Program-made: the position numbers and the translations under genes | Notes under the pieces: model-generated | Told to the model about the DNA's origin: nothing | Databases searched by the model: none | Seen by the model: only the letters and a program-made list of their open reading frames with translations | Shown here: piece by piece, positions 40,142-54,500 of the stretch | Layout: every line of letters starts with the position of its first letter | Position numbering within the stretch: the first letter of the stretch is position 1 | Source: Antedon mediterranea | Taxonomy: Eukaryota > Animalia > Echinodermata | Reading direction: 5' to 3' | Assembly: GCF_964355755.1 (NCBI RefSeq) | Contig: NC_092671.1 | Coordinates: 24,378,070 to 24,442,069, forward strand | DNA length: 64,000 nt

Positions 40142-41572
40142 GGATGCTGGTCAACCCGTACCCAAACCAAGCCGTACCCATGCCAACTCGTACAACTTGG
40201 CTAACTCGTACCCAAATAATTGGTCAACTCGTACCCACTTTGGCTAACCCGTACCCAAACCAACCCGTACCCATGAACAGTGGCGTATCCAGGATTTTGA
40301 AGTTGGGGGGGGGGGGGGGGGGCCGGGAATTGCCAATTTGCCGACAAAATTGGTGTACATACACGACGTCTCTGATCAAGCATTACATAGTCATATTGTC
40401 TTATATCCGGGGATAACGATGCAAAATTAAAACCAAACCAACATTATCTGTTAGTATGTTGTATTCATATTACAATAAAGAAAGAATTAGGAAAATCTGA
40501 TTTGTAGTTTTCGAAATATAGGGTCTAAAACATCGCCGAAAATGATCGTTTTTAGCCACGAAAGAAGTACATGTAAAACAATTTGCGGCCTCAGTCGACA
40601 ATTCTATTAACTACGTCATTTTTGGTTAAAATAATTACATATAATTACGTTTTTTAGTAATTTATTTTATATATCACCATTGAAAATATCAATAAAACAT
40701 GTTATTAAATGCTTATAAAATATATAAAGTTGTTTACTTAACGGAATTCGGACAAATGCATTGCTCTAACTTTGTGTAGTAACGATCAGAGAGATTCATG
40801 GTACACGCGCGAGAGAAAACATTCCGCTACGGGTGATTCGCATCCACCAATCAAATCAGCCGAGAGCAATGCCAATCGCGAGAAAGCTCAGCTTTGATTG
40901 GCTTACGATGACATCATATCACAAAATGGTGGTTTTGTAGTTGAGCCTCACGGAATATTCTGTTCCAAAAATGAAATACATGGATATTTTTTATGGTATA
41001 TGTGCTTTTTCTTTAAACATTTTGAATAATAAAGGCCTCATATCGAGAAAAAAAACGTTTTTTTTGCACTTATAATAGATATATCTTAGACAAAAAAGCA
41101 CATGGCATGTGGAACTATATAATCTCTTAGCGTAGGAAGACATACAAATCCCAGGTCATGAGAGGCTCAACTGCATGCAAAAACAAGGTTTTAGGGTAAG
41201 GTCAAAGACTTTTGAGTAAACAATCTACCGCGTACGGCCGTACGTACGTGCTACACATTTTTTACGTGTTTCGTTGTTAGATGTAATGAAAATAAAAAAT
41301 AGTTGATCTGAAGGGATCAATGATGATATGATATGTAAATAAACAAACACTCAAAAGAATTATGTTTACAGTTCAATTATTGTCAGAATAAATAGTTTAT
41401 TTTTTTTCCCGGCACCTTTGTTTGCCGACGGCCGCGATGATGTGCCGACGGAAACGAAATCAGGGGGGGCCCGGGCCCCCCCGGCCCCCCTACTGGATAC
41501 GCCACTGCCCATGAAAACTCGTACCTAATTATTTTACTTACTCATACCTAAGTATTTTGCATACTCGTACCA
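40142..41572. mobile_element. MITE-like end with aactcgtaccc subterminal repeats, interrupted by a hAT MITE
   Basis: Repeats at 40152-40272 resume at 41516-41572. Confidence 0.6.
40278..41507. mobile_element. hAT non-autonomous element
   Basis: TIR cagtggcgtatccag..ctggatacgccactg and perfect 8-bp TSD cccatgaa. Confidence 0.9.
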
Positions 41573-41934
41573 AGCTTTTATAGATTCTTATGTTCGAAGA
41601 ATACGTGCACTTTAATGTTTTGAATATTTATAACCATTTTGTTTTTGCTTACTTGACTGCTTTTCATTACACGCTTGTAATAAAGTATACAACAGATACT
41701 CGTGCGACATGTTGTAGTCAATCGGAGATATACAGTGCATTGTAGTCAGGCATATGATGCGCAGATTATGTAAACCGAAATTAATATAATTTATCAGAAA
41801 ATGAAATTAAACAGTTCATTAATTGTTTTTACAGTTATTGATCATAGTAAATTAATCCGCATGAATTGTGCTTGAAACGCCTGTAATAGATGTATCGATT
41901 GCAGACACTTTAGTTTGCTGTTGACTGTTGGACT

Positions 41935-42023
41935 AACAGCGACTCTACAGCTCACTATGTCGGTCGGTTGGTCGGTAAACACTAACTTGAGCACCCGACT
42001 ACAACCATGTATATGGCCTTGTT
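41935..42023 (-). mobile_element. Short inverted copy of the Helentron-like family
   Basis: Reverse complement matches both ends of 24953-25697. Confidence 0.6.
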
Positions 42024-42989
42024 AGATATCAGCTTTCTGAAACACAAGGTATTTTAGTATTGTAGTTATCTACATATAAATTATGATTCTGGAATAGGTA
42101 GGCCCTAGACACAATGTCTGTTTCATGTCACAAACTCCATCCTAGCTGTTTCATGTGTACCGCGATGGGTAGATTCGACCACATTTTAGCAGGCCTATAC
42201 GATATTGTTAAATATTTCTCTCTTAAGAAGATATTATTAGGATTTTAAAACAACATTTTCTGAAACAAAGTATCTAAGCATTGTCTACATTTAATGAAAC
42301 AGGTATTTGGAAAAGAGTCTTGTGTACGTAATATCCATTCAATCATTCATTCAATCTTTTATTTCGGAATCTCTGGTCCATAGAAAGTAAAAATTACATT
42401 TAAATGAAATAAAATAAACAAGACTAATAATACTAGGCCTACTACTCATCTCAGGATGAAATTCCACCTGGAGAGCATCTTCGACTTAACTAAGACGTTC
42501 CTTATTATCGTTGAGTCTAAACATTTTCTCTTACATTTAGTCTACCCATATATTGATTGATTTCTTAACAATCCATCTATGATTAATTACACTTACAGTA
42601 TATAGTTTTAGTGCTGTTAATGAAATCACTACCGTTTCAAGTCTATTTTACCTTTTTAAATTAAATTTATTTGAGAATACTTTTAACAACTCGATTAATG
42701 TTCACATTTTAATTGATTTTTACATTAAGTAAAATTACTTTAATGCTGACAGTTGTTGCCGAAAGTATTTTGTTGTACGGCTATTTGGTGTGGTTCAGAG
42801 GAGTTCAATGTTTAGTAAATAAGGCGTGCGAAAAGATTAATCTAATTGATGATGTTAGTATTAAAGATCTCATGGTAAGCGATTGAGGTTTGCTCGATGT
42901 GGAAAACACATCCTTAATATTCTGTTTTTTTTAATATTTTATTTCATCATCACCCTACAGTGACCAAACGTCACCATTAACAGGGCTGA

Positions 42990-43255
42990 AAGTCGTAAAA
43001 TATAACATATAATATACAAGCAAAAATCAACAGATAACAAGACAACATTTAAATATCACTGACATTAGACAAAACCTTGTGACGGTAACAAGCAAGGGAA
43101 TCAAAGAAAATATCAACAGATCCATCAATTTTACATAGTGAGTGGTATAACTTAGGCAAACGATTAACAAAACCAATTTTAGTAATATTTACCCTCCCTC
43201 TTGATATAGAAAATAAAGCAGGATAACGCAATGTTATTTCATATTCTAATAGGCT
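42990..43255 (-). mobile_element. 3' remnant of a CR1/L2-group LINE
   Basis: RGRVNITKIGFVNRLPKLYHSL..VDIFFDSLACYRHKV resembles a LINE ORF2 C-terminus. Confidence 0.4.
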
Positions 43256-46200
43256 TCAACTAAGTTAATTCATTGGTGTAATGTTGTAGCTCTTATAATA
43301 TTATCATTACAGTTTAGGTTGATTTGAATAGGATAAAGGAAAGTTATGACGTTGCAAACATAATATCTTTTAAAAAGATATATTGTTTGCATTTTAATGT
43401 CACTTAATAGTTATTCATTTTGACCATAAATTGGATCGAAAAACAACTATTTACCGGAAAAATGTAATTTAAAGCAAAAAATAGTTAAGTCAATAGGTTT
43501 TTGGTTGGATTTAACTGTTTATTTTGTCTTTTATAAGTGACAAAGGTTTTTTCTACAAAAGTGATTTTCAGATTCACTTCAGCAAAAACTAGATCGGAAG
43601 AAAAAATGGCCTTACTATTAAAATTGCATACTCAATATTGTAAGGCAATTATCAATTAAGAGGATATATATATATATATATTTTTAAAGTCAATATACAA
43701 TACTTACATTACAGTACACTATTGATTTGAAATTCGAATCCATTAATGGAACCAGTGCTATTACTTTCTTATTTCTATTTTAAAATATCCGTTCGTTCAC
43801 ACCCAAAGTGCAAAATGAGATGGTCACACGCACGACAAATTGTTTTCAATTTTGTGAATGGTGTTTTTTGATTGAGAATTACCAGTTTATGAATAGGTTG
43901 CTTTGGCAAATAAAACCAATTTGTATCGACATTTTCTATGGCATTTCAATCAAGGTAAACTAGTTACGTCATCCACCCTTTAATGAATTTTTCCATGACA
44001 ATAATACAGCACTCAACTGTTACCATTACTACTGTTTCATGAAAAAGCAATTAGTATCCCTATTATAAGTCTAAAAACGGCCAATCTAAAAAAAAATATA
44101 AAAAAAGTGTTTCTCAACTGATTTGTGCTATATAGGGGCTATATATCCACCCAAAAAGTTCCAGCTCTTCTGTACTGGGGAAAGCCGCCATGTATATGTT
44201 TTGAGGGTCAAGGATTTCAATTACAGCATTATTTGGATGTTCACTTCATGGCCACCATTTGTTTTTCAAAATGGCCACCATAAAGTACAGGTTTTGCTAA
44301 TTTACTATATTAGTATTTCCTATACGTAATGAAGACATGTTTTGATAAAATACAGAGTCGGAAGTGATCAGATTTTCTTCTTATTCCATTTAGGAGCAAA
44401 CTTATTTGTTGAAGGCTACTGCTCCACTGGCTTTAGCTGTTGCATTTTTGTTTGCATACAGTGTGTGGTGCATACAATGTTAAATACAGCAATAGTTTTA
44501 AAATTCCAAATCAAACTGGCACAATAATTAGTAACATTTATGTACAATCCCTTTCGTCTAGTCTCTGAGAGATCACCACCTGATCTGTTGCTATCACGAT
44601 CCTCAGTATGTACTATCGATCATACTGATTACGATTAAGGAGGTTCACAAGAAGATACCAGAGTAACTATCATTCTCATTAAGAGAAGCATGGCCATCTT
44701 GCAATTTAAAGTATAAAAACTTATGGATAAAGCAAGTAACAGATCTTATGTCAATGAATACATGGTGATACACTGGGAGATCAACACTAGTCACCCAAAC
44801 TGGTCTGCATTTATGCACACATTTGTATCTAGCTGCTCATCTGCCAGTCATAATAACCTTCGATCAAGGAGTTAAATTAATGCAAATAGTTAGAGAAAGA
44901 AAACTTCAATTTGTCGGAAGATTCGTAAGACACAATTTTACAATATCAAGCTCCAGGTTCAGATATCATATTTGCAGCAGCTGGTCATGGCAAAATGGCG
45001 AAAGTGGAATTGGAAATTTTTTAGCTGAAACACAAACGTCAAGATACATAGGGTTTTCTATATTGTGATCATGTCTGATAACTGATTCTTCTGGAAAATC
45101 TTGTATTGTATGTACTGTATGTGGAAATTTGTCGTTCATGCATGTTGGCCATGATCAATTGTTCTATACTGTATCTGGAGACAAAATGGTACATCCTCAT
45201 CTCGTGTCATCATTATGATACATAGTTGCATCCTCTAAGAGCTCCATACAGCTCTTTTAAAGCAGGTTGGTATGCACATTTTTATTTGGTAAAATGGCTA
45301 AGGTAGATAAAATTCTTTGCTTATCTTTTATGGGTCTCTACCATCTTTATTCATACATTAATGTAAATACAAAAATTCATTATTTATATAATATAATAAA
45401 ATAATATTATAGAACAAGTTGTTAATATAAGACAGCACACAAACAATCTTTTTATAGTACTGTATATAAATATTGCACATACATTAAAATATACTTTATA
45501 ATATTATACCTTATGGATAGTGTTCAAACCAGTTTTTCAGGTAAGTAATACGTTTCATTATTTTTATACATAATTGTTGTTTATAGCATTGATAATATGT
45601 ATTTTTTTATATTTTTTTCATTTATAAAGAGATGATTTTAGGCATATTTCCATTTATTTAGTTGTTTTAATACATTAGCTTTGTATATGATTAGCAAACC
45701 AATTGAAAACACATGATCTACATATGTATTTTCAGTGCCAAGTATTATATTTTTGAAATTTACCTCGATATGGAATTTAGTTAGTGTATGCTCATTTATT
45801 GACCTTTATACTACTGGTGATGTTAGTTAATGATGGTGGTCTTCACAGAAATAAGGTGGTATTTGTGAATTTCCAATTAAATTCCGTTTTATCTTCACAT
45901 GTTGTTAGGTCTAGGAACCATAAGTTTTCTAAAACTAGGATCCTATATAATATATCCTCATATAATATAGATCTTACTGAATGTAGTGACAACCTAACCC
46001 AGACCTACAGAACATCCAACTAGTGAAATCAATTATGTTATGCCAATTCATTGTCAAGTTTGTGACTCTAAGATTACTAGGAATAGACAGCAACTACAGT
46101 GTTACATTTGTCTTAGACATTTTCATGCTAGTTGCCAATCAATTGATGCATTTAGTTTTAGGAATTTTTTCAAATGTAGACCGTCAGACTGGGTATGCCA

Positions 46201-47100
46201 CTTATGTGCTCTTCCGCAACTAAACAATTCTCTTTTTAGTACCAATTCAGAAACAAACGAGATCACTGTCCATGTAAATGAAAATGATAAAATGAAAACT
46301 ACTATAAAGAGAAGAAAGTTGAGGAATTCTACTTGAATTCAATTGACTCTGACATTTTTAAAAAGGAATTATCGAGTCTCAGTGGCAACAAAAGTACCGG
46401 TCCTGATCTTTGGTGATTGCAGGCCCATTAACCCATGTTATAAATGTATCTATTATTAAGGAATGTTGTCCCTGTGCCATGAAAAATGCAAGAGTGAGAC
46501 CCATTTATAAAAAGAAAAGTAAACTTAATACAGCCAACTATAGACCTGTTAACATTTTACCAGTGGCTTCGAAAATACTGGAAAGAACTGTACATTCCCA
46601 ACTTAATATGTACAGTATCTTGAAAATAATGAACTTTTACACTGCTTTCAATCAGGTTGAATCACTGCTAATGGTATGTACACAGTTATGTTACTACTTG
46701 ACATACAAAAAGCCTTTGATTGTGTAAATCACGAGATACTGTGTGAAAAATAGGAAAGCTTGGTATAAGATCAGTGCAATGGTTTAAATCATATTTAGAG
46801 AATAGGTTTCAAACAGGTTGTATTAGTGGTGGAGTCTCAGACAAAATGGATGTCGTTTGCGGAGTACCACAGTGGAGTATCCTCGGTCCTCTCCTGTTCT
46901 TGTGCTATGTGAATGATGGTATTAAGATCTCTTTCAGTAAGTCTGTGAAGTACTTGGGTGTTGAGCTCGATCAAAATCTAAACGAAGACCTTATTGTCTC
47001 AAACATTTTAAAGACTGTAGGCCTAAATTCCAGATTAAAATTTGCTATGTTATACATTTAGTTTACTAATTAGAAAAACTATTCTTGACTCACTGGCCCT

Positions 47101-47248
47101 GAGTATTAATAATAATGCTGTGTCCTCATGGTATTGGGGCATCAAAGCAGAGTATTAATAATAATGCTGTGTCCTCATGGTATTGGGGCATCAAAGCAGA
47201 GTATTATTAACTATGCTGTGTCCTCATGGTATTGGGGCATCAAAGCAG
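47101..47248. repeat. 49-bp tandem triplication inside the LINE
   Basis: gagtattaataataatgctgtgtcctcatggtattggggcatcaaagca starting at 47101, 47150 and 47199. Confidence 0.92.
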
Positions 47249-47365
47249 AAGTAAGACTACAGAGAGCACAGAACAGAATAATTAGGTTCATACTTTGGAA
47301 GCACAACATGTATCATATTACTAAGCAGGATTTTTTAAGGTTAAAAATGTTAAATATTGAAACTA

Positions 47366-47933
47366 TACCCCTTTCACACCAAAAGCAAAACTCCGGAGAC
47401 ACCCCGGAGTTGACGCCCCGCTGTTTGGCGTGAAAGGTAAAATCAAGCAACTCCGGAGTTTAAAACTGCGGGGTTGAACAGCTGAACATTCTCCGGAGAG
47501 CGAACTGTGGGGACACCCCGGTGTTTTTGTGTGAAAAGGTACCAACATCAAACTCCGGAGTGTTTTGGGTCAAAAGGTCATCCTCACACGATCACTCATT
47601 GCTTTAGTTTTATTTCAAAACACTTTAAATATTTGTACAAAATATATAGCAGGTTTAAAAAATAATAAGTAGTATCAATAAAACATTATATTACTTCTGA
47701 GACTTTTAAAAGTAATTATTAAATTTAAAAAAATTGTGAATTAAAATTATTCTAATTATCGTCGCTATGTAAAAAAAAATAATAGAGGGCGACATTTACA
47801 ATTTTATTTTATTAACCTCGGTGTTGCTAGGTTGGTGTGAAAGGGGTATCTCCGGAGTTTCTCGACGTTTTGAATGGTCATAAACCCCGGGGTGTCTCCG
47901 GAGACACTCCGGAGTTTTGGTGTGAAAGGGGTA
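47366..47933. mobile_element. PIF/Harbinger-like MITE
   Basis: TIR tacccctttcacaccaaaa..ttttggtgtgaaaggggta; 3-bp TSD cta; removal restores the LINE frame MLNIETRVKQM. Confidence 0.85.
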
Positions 47934-48958
47934 CTAGAGTAAAACAAATGTCACTCAGCCAGACATATAATATTAGTCCACAATTTATGTCAACTAATTT
48001 CGATAAATTTAAACATCAATACGGTACCAGGGGAAGGGATTTCAATTTTGTGTAGCCAAAAAAGAATTATGTTATTAGTAAAACATTCTTTTTTAATGCC
48101 ATTTTACTTTGGAATAAACTTTCAAAGAACTTGAAGGATATTACCTTTCATATTGTCTTCAAGGTAGCTCTAAAGAAACATCTTGCTTCACAAATGACAA
48201 TTTAGTACCAATAGTCAATATTTAATTCAATTTTAATTGTAAAATAACAATTTAATTACATTGTCAATACTGAAATTAATTAAATAATAATTAAATAATG
48301 AGTAAAATATTTTTCTATAAAATGTCGTTTTATAAACAAAACCTAAATTACCAATTTATATTTTCTCTAAAACCTTTTACTTATAAACTATCTGTATAAT
48401 ATCTAAATTATAATTTTTATACTTTATATTTGAATTTTTATGTTAATATAATTTGTTTTTATGTTGAGAACCCGTTCTGAAACAAGCCCTTTATCCATAA
48501 AGTATTTGATTGGAATATTCTTAGCTGAAAGTTGGCCATGCTTCATATCTTACAATGTCTACGTCTAACGAACTTTTTTATAATATTTTATTTTTTAGGT
48601 TCTTCACGCGAATGATAGTTACAGTACATCGCCGATATCTTCTTGTGTACAGTACCTCCTGGGGTAATAATAATTGTGGTTCCCATATTATATTATCACC
48701 AGCATGTTGATGTATTCTCGTCATTACTTTCCAAAAGCCGAATTTTGTTTTTATTCTGTAACCTCCAAAACGTAGGCTTAGCAAAATCATAATTATAAAT
48801 TAACAAAGCATGTAGCCTATGGTGGCCATTTTGACAATTAAAATGGTGGCCCTTGAATGAACTTCAAAAAGCTGCATTTAGATTATCTTGACCCTCAAAA
48901 CATACATTTTCCGCCAAAATTACTTTCATACACGATTCGAAAAAAAACGTTCATATGA

Positions 48959-49465
48959 TGATTTGGAAATGACAAATAATAAAAGAATGGACTTGGTGTC
49001 TTTACTGCTGTGCTTCTTTATTTTCAGTAGTAAAACCTACAGCATAAAAGTAAACGAACAATCAAAAAACAGAACAGACCGAAAGTCATTAACTACACTT
49101 TTCACAATCGGTTGATATCATGAAACTAATGTTACAATTACATTAGAAACCTAGCTAATAGTAGGCCTAGCCTAGCACACAATGGTTAGCGAATACGCAA
49201 TATAACATGTCACTGCAAAGTAATTATATTTATTCATATGGTTAACTTAAGGCTAGATAATTTAACTCACACGGTCATCCAACAAAAGATGAATATTGTC
49301 AAATCCAAAATAAAGTAAAGTAACTTCTGTTTAAAACTATGAATCTATGTCAACTATTTAACACTGTAAACTTTGTATTGTTTCTCGATCTCTACTTCTC
49401 TGACTTCATTTTCTAATCTATGACACGCAAATCATGCATAAATCTAAACTCCTAATTCCAATTCA
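48959..49465 (-). repeat. 3' LTR of BEL element 1
   Basis: Direct repeat of 61160-61663 with several substitutions and indels. Confidence 0.92.
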
Positions 49466-50261
49466 CTCCTGCCTAGAGGCTCTTTATGAGTCTCGGTATG
49501 CAAGCCATGTTCTAATTCCTTGGCAGTTGCAATCAAGCACATCTTGTGTATCGGCCTTTCTTTCAGAGTAACAGTTTTCAATCTATCTGACATCACAGTC
49601 TTTACCGTAACCTTGCGCACCAAACCATCTTCTCCGGGGTGCAGCTTATGTATGAGTGCACGTTTCCACCTTCCACGAGGGGCTACGCCGCCTTTTAGAC
49701 CTGGCTCTAGTAGCAATACCAAGTCTCCAATGCTTAGGTTTGATCTGGGATGAAACCACTTGGATCTCTGAATCAACTGTGGTGGCATATGAAGGATCCC
49801 AGAATACTTGGACGTGACACGTTGGTAAGCCACATCCATTAAATTTCTAGGGTCAATCACGCTTTTGCTCTCGGGTTGTAAGACAACCGGCTGTCCGTGA
49901 GGATGTAGGATGTCATTTGCTGTGATGGGAGGTGAATTTAGAGGGTCAGAACCTTCTGGAAATAGAGGTCTAGAATTTATCAAGTATGCAACTTCTGCCA
50001 ATACAGTCTGCCATTCAAGAGCTCTAAACTTTCGATGATGATAATTAACTAAGGCATCGAGACCTTTTCTGCAACTCCTGATAAGCGACTCTACAACACC
50101 GTGCGATATGTGATGCCAGAGGAGTGTTGAATTTCCAGATAAATTGAGTTTTCACCTTTAAAAACTCTGATTCAATTTGTTTTAAGTTCCAATTATCTAT
50201 CCACTTCTTCAGTACACTCTGTGCTCCTGTAAAGTTACGACCTCTATCACTAAACACAATA
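49444..50261 (-). pseudogene. BEL1 integrase core end and C-terminal domain
   Basis: FSDRGRNFTGA..WKFNTP; AEVAYLINSRPL; GDLVLL..PRGRWKRA..PGEDGLVRKV..RPIHKMC. Confidence 0.88.
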
Positions 50262-51109
50262 CAGTGGGAAAGCCACTTCGCGTTTTGACCGTTAAATCGT
50301 GTAAAATCGACTTACTTCCGCATTGACGATTTTGAAGCGCCACCTATCGTTGAAAACTGAAACCACGATTTTTCGTCGCCTAGCAAATAAGTGCTGTTTT
50401 ATTTTAAGCTCTCATGAATATTTAAGAACCGCCCAACATTACCTATTATGGTAAAAGCATTTCCTAATAAGTATTATTGAATAACCAATCGGTTTCCTTC
50501 AAAGAAACCGAAGCTAATACAATACATTCGGCGACTGAAGTCGGGACTCGTGAAATTTATAAATGTGGTACGATTTGACTACTGTTTTGTTGTCCATTTT
50601 CTGAATAGTCGGAGGTGCATCCCAACAAATTAAAAAGATTATAATCAATTGTTTTATCAAGAATAATATTAGTTTAATCGAGTATGATATATTTCTATCC
50701 TGTTCAAAATTTGTTGGTGTATTCTCAGGCCTCGAAAGGTAGGTACATTTTCTAGCTGTGAGCGTGGTTTCGGCAACGCGAGACACGTGTGTTAGTATAG
50801 GCGATAGCGAGACGTGTGTTGTACTGTGTTGATGCTGATCCGATAGTCGTTAAGTTGTACTGATTACGAGTATCATTGGTCCTGGCCGGCCTAGCCTGGT
50901 GATCTGATCCCCGCAAAAAAAATACTTTTTTTCAATCAGTATTAATATTATTATTTTATTTTTCATTTATTATTTGATTTATTAGGCTGAATAGATGCCT
51001 AGCAGGCTGCTAGTACTAGTAGGCCTAGATTATATAAATAATAATAGTAAATAAATACTGTAATTTAATTAATAAAATACAGCTTCCATTTGCCTTACTT
51101 TTATGTCAT

Positions 51110-51544
51110 TGTTTCGGATTTCGAACTTTGACGTTGGTGGCGTAAAGATTTGTTTTGGTGGTAAACAGAATTGTCAGCAAGATCACGCTTATTATCTAAT
51201 AGTAGATACTGTATTTATCTTATTTCCGACAGTGATACGTGGGAGTACTACGTACGTTTTATAACATTTAAGTTGTGTTAATGTTCTTGACTTTGAATAT
51301 TAAAATTATTAGTTAGGCTATTTAGTTAAGTGTTTCGATCGGCTAATTGGCCATAAGCCTGACTAGCCCTCGTGTAGTAGTTTGACTGTATGTATCTGCT
51401 ACGCTGTATTTTGGGGTTGTTTGCACACGCAGCTGTGCTGCCTTGTGCGTGTTTTCACTGAGTTTATTTGTGTTTCAGACTTTACCGAAGAATAAAGAAC
51501 GGTTAAAGTAACTACCACGAGTTTGTGTATCATTGTCCGGATTA
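51110..51544 (+). repeat. 5' LTR of BEL element 2
   Basis: TG..TA termini; AATAAA at 51491; direct repeat of 55052-55486. Confidence 0.93.
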
Positions 51545-51565
51545 GTAAAGTGTATTCCCTTAATA

Positions 51566-54500
51566 ATGGAGGAAAATACGTTCATCGACCTCAGCTTCGA
51601 AGAGCTCGAGGTCAAACACCGTTCGTTTAAAGGTCACCTAACGAGGGCAAGGGACCGTTTTACCCGTGTTCTCGACCGAGACGAACCGGAACTGGTTAAA
51701 GTGGCATTCGACCATATTCAAAAGAAAATTCGAAAGATAACCGACTTACTTGATGCTATGGATGTTGTCAAACCACCTGATGAGACTGACACTACTACAC
51801 GTCTACATGCAGAGCTAATGTCAGCAGCTGATGACGTGGAGCGAAAATATCAAGAATACAGAAGGTTTTCAAGGAATGAGCAAACCGCTCATTCTTCCCA
51901 AGGTGAGCCAACTGCAGCAGGAAAAGATGAAGAGATGATAAAATTAATTAAAGCTCAGTCTGAAATGGTGGCACAGCATACAATAAAATTGAACGGAAAC
52001 TGCTCAGACAACAAACGGCCTTCGATTAAAACACCAGGACTCCCAGCCCTCGGTGGGATGGATCTCCAAGAAACTTCCATTCTTGGCATGTACGAATTGA
52101 CCAATACTTCGAATCTTCTGGTATTAAAGGTGACCAAGAAAAATTGATGGTTTTGCTCAATGGCGATGCATTACCCAAATCTATTCAAGATCATATTGCT
52201 GATTGCTGCTCGGTTGAAGGTGATAATGGAGCTTGGGCTCGTCTGAAGGAAAAGGTCCCGACTTCAGCTATTGTTCGTGATGTTATTCTGACACTTCAGA
52301 TGATGAAGCCAATGAAGTCAGCAACAGCAAAGGAAATGCGACCTGTTTTAAATGGACTCACAGACTTTGCAAGACGAATGCGTGAACTTGGAAAAGAATT
52401 AGAACTCTCATCGTCAGTAGTGGTTGAACTAGTGAGTCAGAAAATCGATGCTGAATTAAGCTTCGAATACATGCGGCAGATAAAGCAAGATGAGCCGACA
52501 ATACCATGTTTGATCTCATTCTTACGAAGTGAAACGGAAGCAAGGGAACGCCGAGAGCAACCTCATATGTTTGGCGATCAAAATGCATCTACTCATCACA
52601 TTACAGGGCAAATTAGTACACTTAAAAATACTACCCAATTTTTACCGAAATCTAATTTTAAAGGTGCTGAAACTAGCGCGGATGATTGTCCTTTCTGCAC
52701 TGACCACTCACGTCACTTAATTATAAAGTGCCCTATCTTTAACTCAAAATCTAATGAAGAGAGACGGTTAATGATAATGAAAGCTAGAAGATGTTTCCTA
52801 TGTTTCCGTACAAATCACAGTGCGTTCAGATGCCCCAGACATGACAAAAAACGCTGCTCTGTGTGTCAGCTATTTCACCACCGACTGATTTCTTGCCCAC
52901 CCAATCGCACTTTCAGAACTAACAACAACACAGATGGTTTCTGTCAAAGTCAAATGTCACCTAAAACACAGGCGGGAGCGAACACAAATCTACGGCCAAT
53001 TGTACGCCACGAAACCCAGGTAGGAACCAACTTAGGTCAGAATCCATTCTTATATTTGCCAGCATCAACCAACCAAACTGTTTCAAATATGAATTTAGAT
53101 CAAACCTCAATAAATTCACCTCAGATAGCTCAAGCGGGAGCAAGCCCAAGTCTACGTCAGACTGTAGCAGGACCCAGTCAAAATCCATTCGTGTCTTTGC
53201 CTCCATCAACAAATCAGACAATTTCGAAAATGAATTCGACGAAGCATGCCGAACGCCGTCGCTATTCCCCGACTACATATGTCGAGATACAAGACAACGA
53301 GGGCAATTGGCAAAAAGCTGTCGCATTCTTTGATAGTGGTGCTGATACCACTCTGGTCAAGTGCTCCATCGCTGAAAGTCTAGGCTTAAACGGACTGCCC
53401 TTTGTATTTACTTATGGTGTGGCTGGAGGAGGCATCGTACAAGAAAACAGTGCAAGGTATCAACTTCGAGTCAGACCACTACGGGAATTGAAAGCATACG
53501 ACTTGGTCGCAATTAGTGTACAAAAGCCTGCCCATGATAGCCCATCTGTTGGAGAAGATATCTTTGACGAACACTCTCACTTAACGGTAGTTAAAGAACA
53601 TTTGCCTGTGGAGGAAGCCGAGATTGACCTACTCATTGGATACGACTATCAATGTCTTACTACACCACTGAAAACAATACGTTCATTAACTGATCCTGAT
53701 ACATCACCAACTGCAGCAAAAAGTGCTCTAGGTTGGACAATTATCGGACAAACCATTCCAAAGCCAATTTCCAATGTCATCAGCCACATCACAAACGTAA
53801 ATTTCATGGATGACTCCCAGCTTTTATATACATCCGATGTCATTGGAGTTAAACCAACAACCTTGTGTACATGTACAGATAAGGAAATTGCTGAATCTCA
53901 GTTTATCAATCATTGTAGAAAAAATCGCCAAATAAATGAGAAGGGCCACATTACCATGGAAATGCCATGGAAAGATGGATTTCCTGAGTCTCTAGACTGT
54001 AATAGAGTACAAGCCGTGACGGGGATGATTTCACATGAGGCTAGGTTGCTAAAAAACAAGCAAATCAATGAATACAATGATGAAATTCGAGCTCTCCTTG
54101 ACAATGGATTTACGCGTGAGCTCACGCCAAGTGAAGACAGAAACGTTCGTTTACTTGCTGAGGCTAACACCGGTTCAGATCCTATAGGGGCTCTTAGGAT
54201 CAAAGATTGTGTGTACATGGATGATATAACCGACTCATTTACAAAACCGAATGAGGCAGTTGAGGCAGTTGAGCAGGTTACTCGTTTTCTAAGAATGGGA
54301 TCGTTTGAAATCAAAGTGTGGCATTCTAACCATCCGATGGTAGACCAGTGCCCTGAAGAGAAACACACACGTGTTCTAGGCCATTTGTGGAATAAGCTAG
54401 ATGACACGGTAACAATTCAGCTTGATAAGTTCGATGAAGAACAGACTCCACTTACCAAAAGAAAAGTTTCCAGTCTTGTTGCCAGGTTGTGGGATCCATT

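Larger units (their letters stand above)
45784..48210 (+). pseudogene. Decayed CR1/L2-group LINE ORF2 with an N-terminal PHD finger, internally deleted
   Basis: CQVC..CYICLRHFHASC..WVCHLC PHD; NYRPVNILPVASKILE; GVPQWSILGPLLFLCYVND; VKYLGVELD. Confidence 0.85.
44050..48958 (+). mobile_element. Old Academ-like DNA transposon remnant hosting a LINE
   Basis: ~44192-44283 is inverted at ~48817-48908 (ttttgagggtcaag..caaaatggccaccata); peptide traces PNWSAFMH and LPVIITFDQ at ~44795-44870. Confidence 0.4.
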
